DNA from: an uncultured Clostridium sp.
GTDB taxonomy: Bacteria > Bacillota > Clostridia > TANB77 > CAG-508
Length of the DNA: 64,000 nt
Direction: 5' to 3'
Assembly: GCA_947648765.1 (NCBI GenBank)
Contig: CANSOY010000002.1
Span: 7,364 to 71,363 of the forward strand
The number at the start of each line of letters is the position of its first letter. The stretch's first letter is position 1. The notes under the pieces are model-generated. The model was not told the DNA's origin. It worked only from the letters and a program-made list of their open reading frames with translations, and ran no database searches. The position numbers and the translations under genes are program-made. Shown one piece after another: positions 19,321 to 30,142 of this stretch.

Positions 19321-19545
19321 TCATTTACAGTCTTTTTTCTCTTGTGTTATTTCTTTTAGCAGATTTCGGCATACCCTATTAAAACCCATGCCACTTAGGT
19401 AACTTATCGTTTGTGCAGAAAGCAGATTTTCGCTTACTGCATAGCGATTCCATTCCTTTTCACTTGGGATACGTTTCTCATTTCTTAAATATTCTTTTAA
19501 TCTTTTTACGCTATTCGTATAGACATCTTCTTCTCTTCTTACCAT
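19321..19545 (-). CDS. Hypothetical 74-aa protein coupled to the HTH regulator
   Basis: Start overlaps the stop of the HTH gene (ATGGTAA); no recognised motif. Confidence 0.4.
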   Translation of the reverse strand: MVRREEDVYTNSVKRLKEYLRNEKRIPSEKEWNRYAVSENLLSAQTISYLSGMGFNRVCRNLLKEITQEKKDCK

Positions 19546-19739
19546 ATCACTTTATACAACTCCGTTATCTCAACATCTAAAGCTCTGGCTAATTTAATCA
19601 TAACAAATAGACTTGGTGTTTTTAGGTTATTCTCAATGTCATTAATATGTGTTCTGGAAATTCCGCTTTTGTCTGCTAGTTTCCCTAACGTCATATTCTG
19701 ACCCATTCGAATTTGTTTTACTAATATTTCTACATGCAT
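19539..19739 (-). CDS. XRE-family helix-turn-helix transcriptional regulator (66 aa)
   Basis: Classic Cro/C1-type HTH: TLGKLADKSGISRTHINDIENN. Confidence 0.65.
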   Translation of the reverse strand: MHVEILVKQIRMGQNMTLGKLADKSGISRTHINDIENNLKTPSLFVMIKLARALDVEITELYKVIW

Positions 19740-19998
19740 AACATCACCGATTAACTTCTAAATAATAATTTAACTTATTGAAACACAGAAATCGTCCGCC
19801 ATGGCGGATTTAGTAAAATTTATTATTAGATTTCAATTCCGAACGGTTATTCCTTATCTATTCTATGCTGTTTTTCGCTTTTTCACTTTAGTAAATTTTT
19901 CTTGGTTATTTTATCATTTTTGTTTCAACCAAAGAAAAAAATTATACGAAAACGTCGTTTTTTGATATGAAAGTGTATTTTTTTACATTTTTACCTAT

Positions 19999-20673
19999 TT
20001 ATAACACGTAAAATAAGATACAAAAAAATTGTAGTAGGCTACCTAAAATAATACATAAATGAAAAATAGAGTGCATCCACTTCTTTTTTCTGCCAATTCC
20101 ATATAGAATTGCTCCGACTGTATAAGCAATTCCACCGGCAACAAGCAAAACAATTCCTGCTGGGTCTAATAGTTTTGGCAATAAATCTGCACGAAAGAGA
20201 ATAGCCCATCCCATAACAAGATAACAAATCATGGAGAAAACGCGGTAACGTTTCAAGTCAATGGAATTCAAAACAACACCCAAAATCGCCATCCCCCAGA
20301 TAACACCAAATATTTCCCAGCCTAATGCCACATTATATTCGCGAAAAAGAACTAAAGCAAACGGTGTGTACGAACCTGCAATGAGTAAAAAAATCGTGCA
20401 ATGGTCTAATACTTGAAAAACTTTTTTAGCAGTTCCTTGTCTACGAAGTCCATGATAAATACTGGACATAATATACAGTAGCATCATGGTAATTCCATAA
20501 ATCACACTACTGACAACGCCATAAGCATCACCATGGATGGCTGCCATAATGATACACAAAACCATGGCAACCAAACCAAAGGCTGCTCCCACCACATGGG
20601 TTACCATATTAAAAATTTCTTCTCCTTTTGAATACGTTGGAAGAACACGGTCTTTTAATTTAATTCGGTTCAT
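19999..20673 (-). CDS. Hemolysin III / PAQR-family membrane protein
   Basis: 7-TM protein with HxxxH motifs, typical of YqfA/HlyIII. Confidence 0.8.
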   Translation of the reverse strand: MNRIKLKDRVLPTYSKGEEIFNMVTHVVGAAFGLVAMVLCIIMAAIHGDAYGVVSSVIYGITMMLLYIMSSIYHGLRRQGTAKKVFQVLDHCTIFLLIAGSYTPFALVLFREYNVALGWEIFGVIWGMAILGVVLNSIDLKRYRVFSMICYLVMGWAILFRADLLPKLLDPAGIVLLVAGGIAYTVGAILYGIGRKKKWMHSIFHLCIILGSLLQFFCILFYVL

Positions 20674-20833
20674 TTTTGTTTCACTTCTTTCTATGTAGTA
20701 TTGAATACTATGTTATCATAAAATGATTTTTCTGGCAAGAAAATCTAACTCTTCTTTCTTAGTTTTACCGAAAGTTTTGTTTTTTAAACACAAAAAAGAG
20801 GTATTTTCATACCCCTTTTAACAAATTCATTTT

Positions 20834-21295
20834 TTATGAAACTGCTACTGCAAGTGCAAAAAATGCAATTCCAACAACAGCGATTAACCATAGAGCAACT
20901 ACTACAACATCAATGATACCAATAATCATACCAGCTGTTCCGATGGAGCGTGCTCCTTGTTTTCTTCCAAGTGCACCCATGATAATTGCTACAATTCCTG
21001 CAACTCCGGTTAAATATCCTTTTACAAAGATAAGCGCTAGACCAACGATTGCAATGATTAAAGCAATAATGCTTAAGGTGTTATTTTCTTCTGGTTTTTC
21101 GGTTTCAACCGTTCCTTCTGGCTCATTTGCTTCTTCTTTTACTGGCTCTGCTACCACTGGTGTTTCTTCTTTTTTTGCTTCTACTACTGATTCTTCTGCT
21201 TTCACTTCTTCTGCTACATTTTTTACTTCACTTCCACATTCGCCACAAAAAAATGACCCATCTGGAATTTCTTTTCCACAATTTGGACAAATCAT
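20834..21295 (-). CDS. Zinc-ribbon domain membrane protein
   Basis: MICPNCGKEIPDGSFFCGECG Zn ribbon, an E/P/V-rich linker, and two C-terminal TM helices. Confidence 0.6.
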   Translation of the reverse strand: MICPNCGKEIPDGSFFCGECGSEVKNVAEEVKAEESVVEAKKEETPVVAEPVKEEANEPEGTVETEKPEENNTLSIIALIIAIVGLALIFVKGYLTGVAGIVAIIMGALGRKQGARSIGTAGMIIGIIDVVVVALWLIAVVGIAFFALAVAVS

Positions 21296-21393
21296 TTGTA
21301 TATTTCCTCCTTTATTTTTACTTTTGTAAAATATATTCCTTCTTTTGGAATTTTACCACACAAAATCTCCGTTCGTCAACTATTCTCCTATGA

Positions 21394-21633
21394 TTATTTT
21401 TGATTTTTCTCCAAATAAGCTACGACATCTCCTACAGTTTTTAGCCCGCCAATGTCTTCATCATCAATGGTAACATCATATTTTTCCTCTAAACTCATGG
21501 ATAATTCCACTAAATCAAGAGAGTCTGCTCCTAAGTTGTCCATTAACGTTGCTTCTGGAACAATGCTTTCTTCGTCTACTCCTAAATGCTCTATAATAAG
21601 TTCTTTTACTTGATTAAAAATTTCTTGGTTCAT
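21394..21633 (-). CDS. acpP: Acyl carrier protein
   Basis: DSLD phosphopantetheine site (GADSLDLVEL). Confidence 0.85.
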   Translation of the reverse strand: MNQEIFNQVKELIIEHLGVDEESIVPEATLMDNLGADSLDLVELSMSLEEKYDVTIDDEDIGGLKTVGDVVAYLEKNQK

Positions 21634-21677
21634 TTTCTCATTTCCTTTCTTTTTTTCTTATTCTATCAAAAAATGTT

Positions 21678-22447
21678 TTACTCTGCAACAATCGAAAATC
21701 CATTATCGACATGTAACACTTCTCCTGTGATTGCACTTGCCATGGGGCTAAGCAAAAAGGCTGCTGCACTGCCTAATTCTTCCCCTGTCACATTTTTGTG
21801 CAAGGGCGATTTTTCTTCCACTAATTTTAGCGTTTCTTCAAAATTTTGAATACCACTGGAAGAAAGTGTTGCAATTGGACCTGCTGAAATCCCATTGATA
21901 CGGATTTTTCGTTTTCCTAAATCATTTGCAAGATAACGTACGCTTGCTTCTAGGGCAGCTTTGGCAACCCCCATTACTTTATAGTCCTTTACCACCTTTT
22001 CGGCTCCTAAATACGTTAACGTAACAATGCTTGCATTTTCTTGGAATAAATCCAATTCCACTGCCTTTTGGCAAACCGCTAAAAGAGAATACGCACTGAC
22101 ATCAGTAGCATGGCAAAATCCTTCTCTAGAGGTATGTAAAAACTCTGCTCGAAGGTCTTTGCTATGAGCGTGGGCAATACTGTGAACTAGCCCATCTATT
22201 TTTCCAAATTCTGCTTTTACCTTTTCCAAACATTCTTGAATACTGCTATCTGACGCCACATCACAAACACATCTTTTGGCTCCCAACTCTTCCATGAGTT
22301 CTTGCATCAGTTCTTCTTTTTCAAATGTACTATAAGTAAAAAAGACCTGTGTGCCTTGCTCTACTGCTGTTTTTGCAATATGCCAAGCAATACTCTGTCG
22401 GTTACGAATTCCCATTACTAAAATCTTTTTATTTGGTAAAATCATCC
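21678..22447 (-). CDS. fabI: Enoyl-ACP reductase (NADH)
   Basis: SDR fold and FabI-like motifs. Start set at MILPNKK, which has a GGAGG ribosome-binding site. Confidence 0.8.
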
Positions 22448-22507
22448 CATCGATCCTCCTTTTCTTAATATATATCGCTTTTTTACAAAAATAGCAACTG
22501 TTTCTTT

Positions 22508-22545
22508 CCTTGACGAACCTTGTCAAACGTGGTATGGTAAAGAAA
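22508..22545 (+). promoter_or_regulatory. Putative promoter: TTGACG, 17-nt spacer, TGgTATGGT
   Basis: Read from sequence upstream of the YlmH-like gene. Confidence 0.35.
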
Positions 22546-22562
22546 AAAAGGATCTTTCAAGT

Positions 22563-23366
22563 ATGAACCATTCTGAATTATTAAAAGATTATCATGATAG
22601 TGAAGATAAATTATGTCTTGCACAGGTACTAGATAAAATGGAATTCGTCCAAAAACGTGGTCAAATCGAAGCCACCTCTTTTTTGAGTATGCCTCAAATT
22701 TCTATGGTAGAAGCATTTCTTCGTAGAAATCATTTTGCAAATTATACTTTTTTTGGTGGCTACCCAGAGGCAGAAAGGCAAATGCTTTTCTTTTATCCAG
22801 CTGACTACACACCAGATATGGTAGAAAAAAATTATGCCAAATTTTTGAAATTGCTTTCCATTACCTTTGAGCCTGCTCTTAGCACACCTTACGAACATCG
22901 TATTTATTTAAGCGGTATTATAAAACTTGGCATTCGTCGTGAAAAAGTGGGAGATATTCTCGTAAGATCCAATGGTGCCGACATTATTTTTTCGGCTTCT
23001 ATTGCTAATATATTACCACAGGAATTAGCCTCTTTAACGCGTTTTCATGGTGCTACCGTACAAGTACAAGAACTTTCTGCTCTACAACTGCCAGAAAAAA
23101 CGTTTACTACTCTTTCTATCATCGTTCCTTCTCTTCGCTTGGATAACCTTGTTTCCGACCTAGCAAAAACTTCTCGTTCCGCTGCCAATACGCTCATTAC
23201 TTCTAACCTTGTTTTTGTGAATGGGAAATGTAATTGTAAGCCATCTAAATCCATTCATTCGGGCGATGTCATTGCTATTCGTAGAACAGGAAAATTTATT
23301 TTTCGTGAAATAGAAAAAACAACAAAAAGTGGCAACTTGGTTCTCAAAATTGATCAATATACCTAA
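22563..23366 (+). CDS. YlmH-like RNA-binding S4-domain protein
   Basis: 267 aa with a C-terminal S4-like segment and YlmH family architecture. Confidence 0.65.
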   Translation: MNHSELLKDYHDSEDKLCLAQVLDKMEFVQKRGQIEATSFLSMPQISMVEAFLRRNHFANYTFFGGYPEAERQMLFFYPADYTPDMVEKNYAKFLKLLSITFEPALSTPYEHRIYLSGIIKLGIRREKVGDILVRSNGADIIFSASIANILPQELASLTRFHGATVQVQELSALQLPEKTFTTLSIIVPSLRLDNLVSDLAKTSRSAANTLITSNLVFVNGKCNCKPSKSIHSGDVIAIRRTGKFIFREIEKTTKSGNLVLKIDQYT

Positions 23367-23416
23367 TAACTCAAAGAAGCAAAATGATAAAAATTATCAC
23401 TTTGTTTCTTTTTGTC

Positions 23417-26032
23417 TTAGATATTATCTTGTCTTATGGTTTCAATAATGTTTTGCTTTTCAATCTTTTTTAACGAATAGTGCATAATACAACCAATCAG
23501 GATAAAGACGGCAAGTGCTGAGATAAGCGTTCCACTGGTTGGGAAGTTAAATCCTGAATCTACTCCTTCTGCAAAACTTTTGTAGAAAGCAAAGGAAAGT
23601 ACAATTCCAATTGGTACACCAATACATAAAGATTTTAGTCCATAGAATAGACTTTCTAGACGTATCATGCGCTTGAATTCTTTGCTAGTCATACCAATAG
23701 AGCGAAGCATTGCAAATTCTTTTTTGCGAAGGTTCATATTTGTTGTAATTGTGTTGAAGATATTGGTAACACCAATCAAAGAAATTACCGTCATAAAGCC
23801 ATATAGGAAAATGGCAACAACAAGCCACATTGCCTTTTCTTGGCGTACATTTTCTTCGACATTAAAAATGGAAATTCCACTATTCGAATATGCTTTTTCC
23901 AATTCTTCTTGCAAAGCATTTGCTTGTTTTGTCTGAATGTATAGCGAATTGCTTGCATTTGCCTGCCCTTGTGCTTCTAGCCATTCATCACTTACGACAA
24001 AATATGCCATTCCACTGGTTTGCCCTTCTTCTGACATAAACGGTTCTTGGGTTACTTTTACTACTTCCAATCCTACTTGTCTTTTCGCTTCTTCACGACC
24101 AAAAATACCAGTAATTTTGTCGCCCTCTTGGTAACCATATTCTCGTCCAAAATGGTAAACTCTTTTACCTTCTACGATTTTTGGAACAAGTACATTATCA
24201 TATAAAATTGCTTTATCTTTTGCTTGTTCATAAGTTAAGCCTAATTTTTTCAAATATCTTGCATATTCTTCTTTTCCAATCGACATGATACATAAATGTT
24301 CAGTTGCATCTTCGTCACTTGCATTGACTGCTTTCATGTTTTCTTCTCGTAATGCTCCATATTTTACCTCTTTGGCTGGAACTCGTAAATACACGCCACA
24401 AGTCAAACTTGCCCTTTCTACTTTCTCATTTTGAGCAATTTTTTGTAGTCTTTCTCTGACTTCTTTTCCTTGGTTTCCGTTTAGTACTAGGTTATAAGAA
24501 TAGGTTTTATAATAAACGGAGGAAGTTTTGAATGCATAGCCGATAAAGGACGACATCGCAATAAAGATAGCAACAGATACCACAATCGATACCACAGTTG
24601 TACGATATTTTTTCTTATTTCGTTTTAGTGTTTTATATGCAATTTCTCCACCTAAGCCAAATACCTTTTTAATCCATTTTGGCGATTTTACTTTTTTCCC
24701 TTTTATCTTAATCTCTCCGCTGTTACGAATTGCCTCAATCGGCGATACTTTGGCTGCTTTTTTAGCAGAGGAAATCGCAGATAAATAAATGGTAACACCT
24801 GCCAAAACGATTGCTAAAACATTTGCCATAATAGAGGTTGCAAACATAAATTGACTTTGGAATAACATATCTTGTAAAATCGCACCAACTACTTTGGTTA
24901 GTACAAATACAGCAAAATTTCCGCCTAATATACCGATTGGAATACCAATCATAGCAAGAATTCTTGCTTCATATAGTACATTTTTCTTAATTTGTTTTGA
25001 GGTCGCTCCAATCGAGGATAGCATGCCATATTGCTTCATTTTTTCGGTAATGGATATTGCAAAACTGTTACGAATACAGAAAACACTTGTTACAATAATA
25101 ATCACAATTACCACACTGCAAACCGAATACATCATGGTAAGTGTGGAGTCGTTCATCTCCAAATTCACCCAACCAAATAAACCACGATTTCGTTTTTAAT
25201 CAAATATTGCTTGATTTGATTGTTATAGTTATTTATAGGTAAAGAGTTCTCCAATTATCTCTTTTTTTATAAAATTTTAATTTAATACTACAATTTGCTC
25301 TGTTACTTCGTCTTGGTGTTTCATTCCTTTTTTGGTATAGCGTGTGTAAATATCTGCTTTCTCTCCCACTAAGTTTTCACGTTTACAAATGACACTATAA
25401 CCAGGTGCTACTCGTGGTTCTATGGTTGTACTTGGTCTTTCGATCACACCAACAATTTTGAAACTTTTAGTTTCTTTTTCGGTAAAGGTTTCTTCTCCTT
25501 TGTTATACGGCGAACTTTGCCCGAGGGTAAATTCTGAGTCATTTGGTCTTCTTTCGCCAAGTGCTAATGTTAGGGTTTGCCCCACCTCATATTTTATTTT
25601 TCCATTGGTTTCCATATGTTGACTTATCACAATTTCGTCTTCTTGTTCTGGCAAACGTCCTTCGATTAGATTGAGATTGGATTTTTCCATTCCTTTTTGA
25701 TCCATTGCAAGTAAGTAAAGAAATGGTTTGTCTTCATTTTGGCTTTCTTTGCATTTCGCATAGCCAAGTTTTTGCACGGTATAGTAACTTTCAATGTTAC
25801 GGTTTTCTTGAATATATTTCAAGTCCTCTTTTCGTACATCTAAAAAGGCATAGTGGTAATCTCCACCTGTTCTTTTCTCCTCTTGCATTAAGGTTGCACG
25901 AAAACTTTCAGCAAGTCCTGCCACACCTGTAATGAGAGAAGTAGCGAGAATAATTCCCATAATGGTAACAATCGTTCTTTTTTTATTGAGTTTCAAACTT
26001 TTGCTGGTTAACTGCTTCATTAAATTTTTCAA
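23417..26032 (-). pseudogene. MacB/FtsX-type dual-domain ABC permease, disrupted
   Basis: A 251-aa N-terminal piece (TM1 + periplasmic domain) and a 583-aa C-terminal piece (FtsX TM2-4 with the KQYGMLSSIGATSKQI motif, plus a second FtsX domain). They are separated by ~110 nt. Across that stretch the reading frame changes at least twice (LN* / ..KNEIVVYLVG* / VNLEMNDS..). Confidence 0.6.
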
Positions 26033-26035
26033 TTT

Positions 26036-26707
26036 CTACACCTCCCCAACAATTTTTCCATCCTCAATTTTAATCATACGGTCTGCTAATTTTGCAATTT
26101 CTAAGTTATGGGTTATCATAATAATGGTTTGGTGATATTTTTGGTTGGATAAACGTAGCAATTCCACAATTTCGTCACTTGACTTTGAGTCCAAGTTTCC
26201 AGTTGGCTCGTCTGCTAGTACGATTGCTGGTCGATTGATTAACGCTCTTCCAATGGAAACTCTTTGTTGTTGTCCACCCGATAATTCATTTGGCAAGTGT
26301 TTTCTTCGATTTTCCAATCCTAAGGTTTTTAGCAATTCTTCCATTCTTTCTTTTTCCACTGGCTTCCCATCTAAATCACAAGGAAGTGAAATATTTTCTT
26401 CCACATTGAGAATTGGTATCAAATTATAGAATTGATAAATCAGTCCAACTTGTCTTCTACGAAAGATGGCTAAGTTATCATCCGATAGTTTATAAATGTC
26501 TTTTCCTTCAATCATTACCTTTCCTTCGGTTGGGCGGTCCACTCCTCCTAGTAAATGAAGAAGGGTCGATTTTCCGCTTCCAGAACTTCCCACAATCGCA
26601 ATAAATTCTCCTTTTTCGACTGAAAAAGAAATGTCATTGACTGCCATTACGGTATTTTCTCCTTTTCCATATTGCTTTTTTAAGTGTTCTACTCTTAATA
26701 TTTCCAT
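26036..26707 (-). CDS. ABC transporter ATP-binding protein (MacB/LolD-like)
   Basis: Walker A GSSGSGKST, the LSGGQQQR signature, and ILADEPT Walker B. Start at MEILRVEHL with an AAGGAGG ribosome-binding site. Confidence 0.85.
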   Translation of the reverse strand: MEILRVEHLKKQYGKGENTVMAVNDISFSVEKGEFIAIVGSSGSGKSTLLHLLGGVDRPTEGKVMIEGKDIYKLSDDNLAIFRRRQVGLIYQFYNLIPILNVEENISLPCDLDGKPVEKERMEELLKTLGLENRRKHLPNELSGGQQQRVSIGRALINRPAIVLADEPTGNLDSKSSDEIVELLRLSNQKYHQTIIMITHNLEIAKLADRMIKIEDGKIVGEV

Positions 26708-26815
26708 TTGTTTTCCTCCTTTATTTACTTTCATTTTACCGAGGCAAAGTGACAATTCAGTGACTGTATAAAAAAAACATCTAATTTTTTGAAAAGTTAG
26801 ATGTTTTCCTGTTAT

Positions 26816-28030
26816 TTATCTCATGTATCTTATGATAAAGGTGGTTCCTTTTCCCTTTTCAGACGCTACCGTAATATCTCCATTTTGGTTTTCTAAAATG
26901 GTTTTGGATAGAGCAAGTCCAATACCAATACTATCTTCAGACGCATTTTCTGCTTTATAGAAACGGTCAAAAATATGCTTTTGGTCTTCTCTACTAATGC
27001 CTTCTCCTTCATCACGAATGGCAATCTTACGATAGGCAGTATTTTCCTCAATTGTTACCCAAATTTTCTTTCCACTTGGGGTATGTTCGATTGCATTTTT
27101 TAGCACATTTTGGATGGCTTCTTTGTTCCAGTTGTAATCGCCTGTAATACAGATGGCAGCATCTCCTTGCAACAAAATCTCGACTTCTTTAATTTCAATT
27201 AGGATTTCCAAATTTGCCAAAATATCTTCTAGCATAGCACGAAGTCCAATTTTTTCTTCTTTGAAGCGAACTGCTCCTGCATCTAGTTTGGATAATTTTA
27301 GTAGAGCAATAATGAGCCAGTGCATTCCTTTAATCTGGGAAGAGGCTTCTAGCAAGAAATGTTTTCTGGTTTCAGCATCCATATTTTCGGTTTCTTGCAA
27401 ATTATCTAACATAATTTGAATAGATGTTAATGGTGTTTTGAGTTGATGGGAAATGTCCGAGACAGAAGTGGCTAGTGCATTTCTTTGGAAATACGACTCT
27501 TCTGCTTGTTCTTTCAACATAACCGTGATTTTATACAACTCATTTTTGAGGCTGTTTAATTCATCCTCCGAATTTTCTTCAATCGCAAGGGAGTAGTCTT
27601 TTTTCTCCAGTTGCTTTAGATACGTGGTTAGTTCGTCTAATTTTTTTTGACGGTGTTTCAAATACAAAAAGAAATATACTAAGAAAGCAACTCCCATGCT
27701 TGCAATTAACCCAACAAGAGAAATGGTTCTATGGTTTTCTCGGTCTTCTAATTCTCGAATGGCAAATTCGTCTTGAATGCCATATTTCTCTAAAACTTGG
27801 TTTGTTTTGCTCAACTTTGGTTGATTGAGGATATGCAAAATCTCGCCTTCTTCTACCTCTGGATATTTTTCTTGGACAATGTCTAAAATACTCTCAATTG
27901 CTCGATTAACAATCTCTTGATTTTTCTGTTTTTGCACTTGCAAAATCGCCACACAGAAAACGCAAGCCGTTACAATCAGTATGCCAAAGAGAATTAAAAA
28001 TCTTTTTCCTTCTTTATTTTTTAGTCGCAT
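26816..28030 (-). CDS. Sensor histidine kinase (2 TM, ~75-aa extracellular loop)
   Basis: H-box SHQLKTPLTS and a HATPase_c G-box GIGLALSK. Confidence 0.8.
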   Translation of the reverse strand: MRLKNKEGKRFLILFGILIVTACVFCVAILQVQKQKNQEIVNRAIESILDIVQEKYPEVEEGEILHILNQPKLSKTNQVLEKYGIQDEFAIRELEDRENHRTISLVGLIASMGVAFLVYFFLYLKHRQKKLDELTTYLKQLEKKDYSLAIEENSEDELNSLKNELYKITVMLKEQAEESYFQRNALATSVSDISHQLKTPLTSIQIMLDNLQETENMDAETRKHFLLEASSQIKGMHWLIIALLKLSKLDAGAVRFKEEKIGLRAMLEDILANLEILIEIKEVEILLQGDAAICITGDYNWNKEAIQNVLKNAIEHTPSGKKIWVTIEENTAYRKIAIRDEGEGISREDQKHIFDRFYKAENASEDSIGIGLALSKTILENQNGDITVASEKGKGTTFIIRYMR

Positions 28031-28699
28031 TCTTCTTCTCCTACACGATAACCTAAACCTCGAACGGTTTGAATGATTTTCCCATCTGTATCTCCGATTT
28101 TTTCTCGAATTCTTTTAATGTATACGGTTAAGGTATTATCATTGACAAAGTTTCCAGCAATGTCCCAAATATCATTCAAAATTTCTTCTCTTGTAATCAG
28201 TCTTTTTTTGTTGCGAAATAGATTAACCAAAATTTTATATTCGAGTTTTGTTAGGGTAACTTCTTGTTTTTCTCGATACACTTTTCCAGGAACGAGATCA
28301 ATTCTCACTTTTCCGCATACTAATTCTTGAATTTCTTTTCCATTTCTTCTAAGAACTGCTTTAATTCTTGATACCAATTCTCGATTTCTAAATGGTTTGA
28401 TAATATAGTCTTCTGCTCCTAAATCAAAGCCCTCTACAACATCAGACTCTTCTTCTCTTGCTGTTAAGAAAATGACTGGTAGTTTATATTGTTCTTTGAT
28501 TGCCTTGCATAAATCTAGTCCGCTTCCATCTGGTAAAGAGATATCTAAAATGGCTAGGTCAAAAGTATCTTTTTCTAACTCTACCAATGCCTCTTTTTTC
28601 TTCCTGACAATGGCAAAGGAAAATCCCTCTTGTTGAAACAAGAACTCAATTCCCATAATGATTTTTTCATTATCTTCTACAAATAGTATTTTGCTCATT
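28021..28699 (-). CDS. OmpR-family response regulator
   Basis: Receiver domain (DLAILDISLPDGSG) and a winged-helix C-terminus. Start at MSKILFV with a GAGGAG ribosome-binding site. Confidence 0.85.
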
Positions 28700-28765
28700 T
28701 TTCTCTCCTCTTTTCCACCTATTATATCACGCTTGTGGAAAAAGGCAAGATGCACCAAATGGCAG

Positions 28766-28815
28766 ACAAAAAACAGTAATCACTAAACGCCTTGTTCTTC
28801 GATTACTGTTTTTGT
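28766..28815. terminator. Bidirectional terminator AAAAAACAGTAATC-...-GATTACTGTTTTTG
   Basis: 10-bp stem flanked by A6 and T5. It separates the island operon from the two-component-system operon. Confidence 0.55.
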
Positions 28816-29085
28816 CGTTATTTATCTATCCCTTGCTGTTGCTCTATAGTTTGGCTTCTCTTGATTTTCCCTATCATAGCATTTATTTCTTCATCATTTT
28901 TTCATTTTAACGGTTTCTAATCTTTTTTATTGAACCATTTTCTATCAGTGCATTCCATAAGTCATCCTCTTCAAAGTCATTATCTGGTTCAAAATGTTTT
29001 AAGAATACGTTTCGGTTCTTTCGTATTCATACATTTCAACTTGTAACAAGTATACTTCCTTTTTTTCTCCTTCTTTTTATGATTT

Positions 29086-30138
29086 CTATTTTCCTCTAAT
29101 CTCTAATATTTCTTTTTCGCTGAAACCACACAACTTTAATCCCTCGTCTGTAAACCAATCAAATGAACTGTGATATTCTTGCATTATTTTTTCATAAGCA
29201 CTGATAAATAATGTAATATCTATTTCGTTTTTTAGTAGACTACTAACTGCTTTTAATAATCTTTCGATACCGTTTAGATTACCCTCAAAATATTCCCAAC
29301 TATCATAATCAAAAACATTGTCATAAAGAATTTCATGATTGTCATTGATGATATAGCCGGGACCTTGCATATCCGAGCAATCAAAACTCCCCTTACTTAA
29401 TCTATCTTGAAACTGATCATTCCAAGTTATCAAATGGTCTAATACAAATGGAAATTTTTCATAGTTCAAAACATATCCTCCGGCAAAAGGGGTTTGGGAC
29501 GTAGCCATCAATAAATCCCCTTTCTGAAACGGTGTAGGTATATTCAAACAAATACCATGAATATCTAACCAATCATTTTTCATATCTTGTATATTTACCA
29601 TTTCCAATTTTCTATCTTCATTTAGCTTATATTCTGCCACAATATTATACTTACTATCTTTTGAAAACTCTCTCTTTCGAATTAAAAAACTAATGATTTC
29701 TTGTTCTTCATCTTCTTTTAATTCATTGTCTATCTCTTTTTGTATTTCCTGAAATGTTTTATACACATCTCGATATTCATCTTTTCCCGTTGTAATGATA
29801 TGTCCTACACTATTGCACCAGTAATTATAGGTATAAATTACATCTTGTTCTTCTTGCTCTAATTTTTCTTTTAGTTGTTTTATTCTTTTTATTTCTTCTT
29901 TTATCATTGCCTTTACACTGTCATAATGGTTACAGTTTATTCTCTCGATTACTTCCATATCTGGATAATTTTTTATTAGTTCTTCATATGCACTTATCTT
30001 TTCGTCTATATTCATTCTTTTATTCCTGTAAATCAAAACTGCCAATTCTTCTGTATTAAATTTATGTTTGATTTTTCTACAATGTTCACTAATTGCTTCT
30101 GAATTTACTAAGTTATATTCATCTATCATTCTTTTCAT
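29086..30138 (-). CDS. Hypothetical protein (350 aa), last gene of island operon
   Basis: Long ORF 4 nt after the upstream gene; no recognised domain; very AT-rich. Confidence 0.5.
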   Translation of the reverse strand: MKRMIDEYNLVNSEAISEHCRKIKHKFNTEELAVLIYRNKRMNIDEKISAYEELIKNYPDMEVIERINCNHYDSVKAMIKEEIKRIKQLKEKLEQEEQDVIYTYNYWCNSVGHIITTGKDEYRDVYKTFQEIQKEIDNELKEDEEQEIISFLIRKREFSKDSKYNIVAEYKLNEDRKLEMVNIQDMKNDWLDIHGICLNIPTPFQKGDLLMATSQTPFAGGYVLNYEKFPFVLDHLITWNDQFQDRLSKGSFDCSDMQGPGYIINDNHEILYDNVFDYDSWEYFEGNLNGIERLLKAVSSLLKNEIDITLFISAYEKIMQEYHSSFDWFTDEGLKLCGFSEKEILEIRGK

Positions 30139-30142
30139 TCTC

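Noticed and set aside
20913-21393. Plus-strand ORFs 20913-21329 and 21127-21393 (poly-Leu)
   Set aside because: Antisense to the Zn-ribbon membrane protein; low complexity caused by the GAA/GAG-rich sense strand.
28816-29085. Short stop-bounded reading frame (..HFEPDNDFEEDDLWNALIENGSIKKIRNR) downstream of the island operon
   Set aside because: No start codon or ribosome-binding site. Possibly a gene fragment, but too short to assign.
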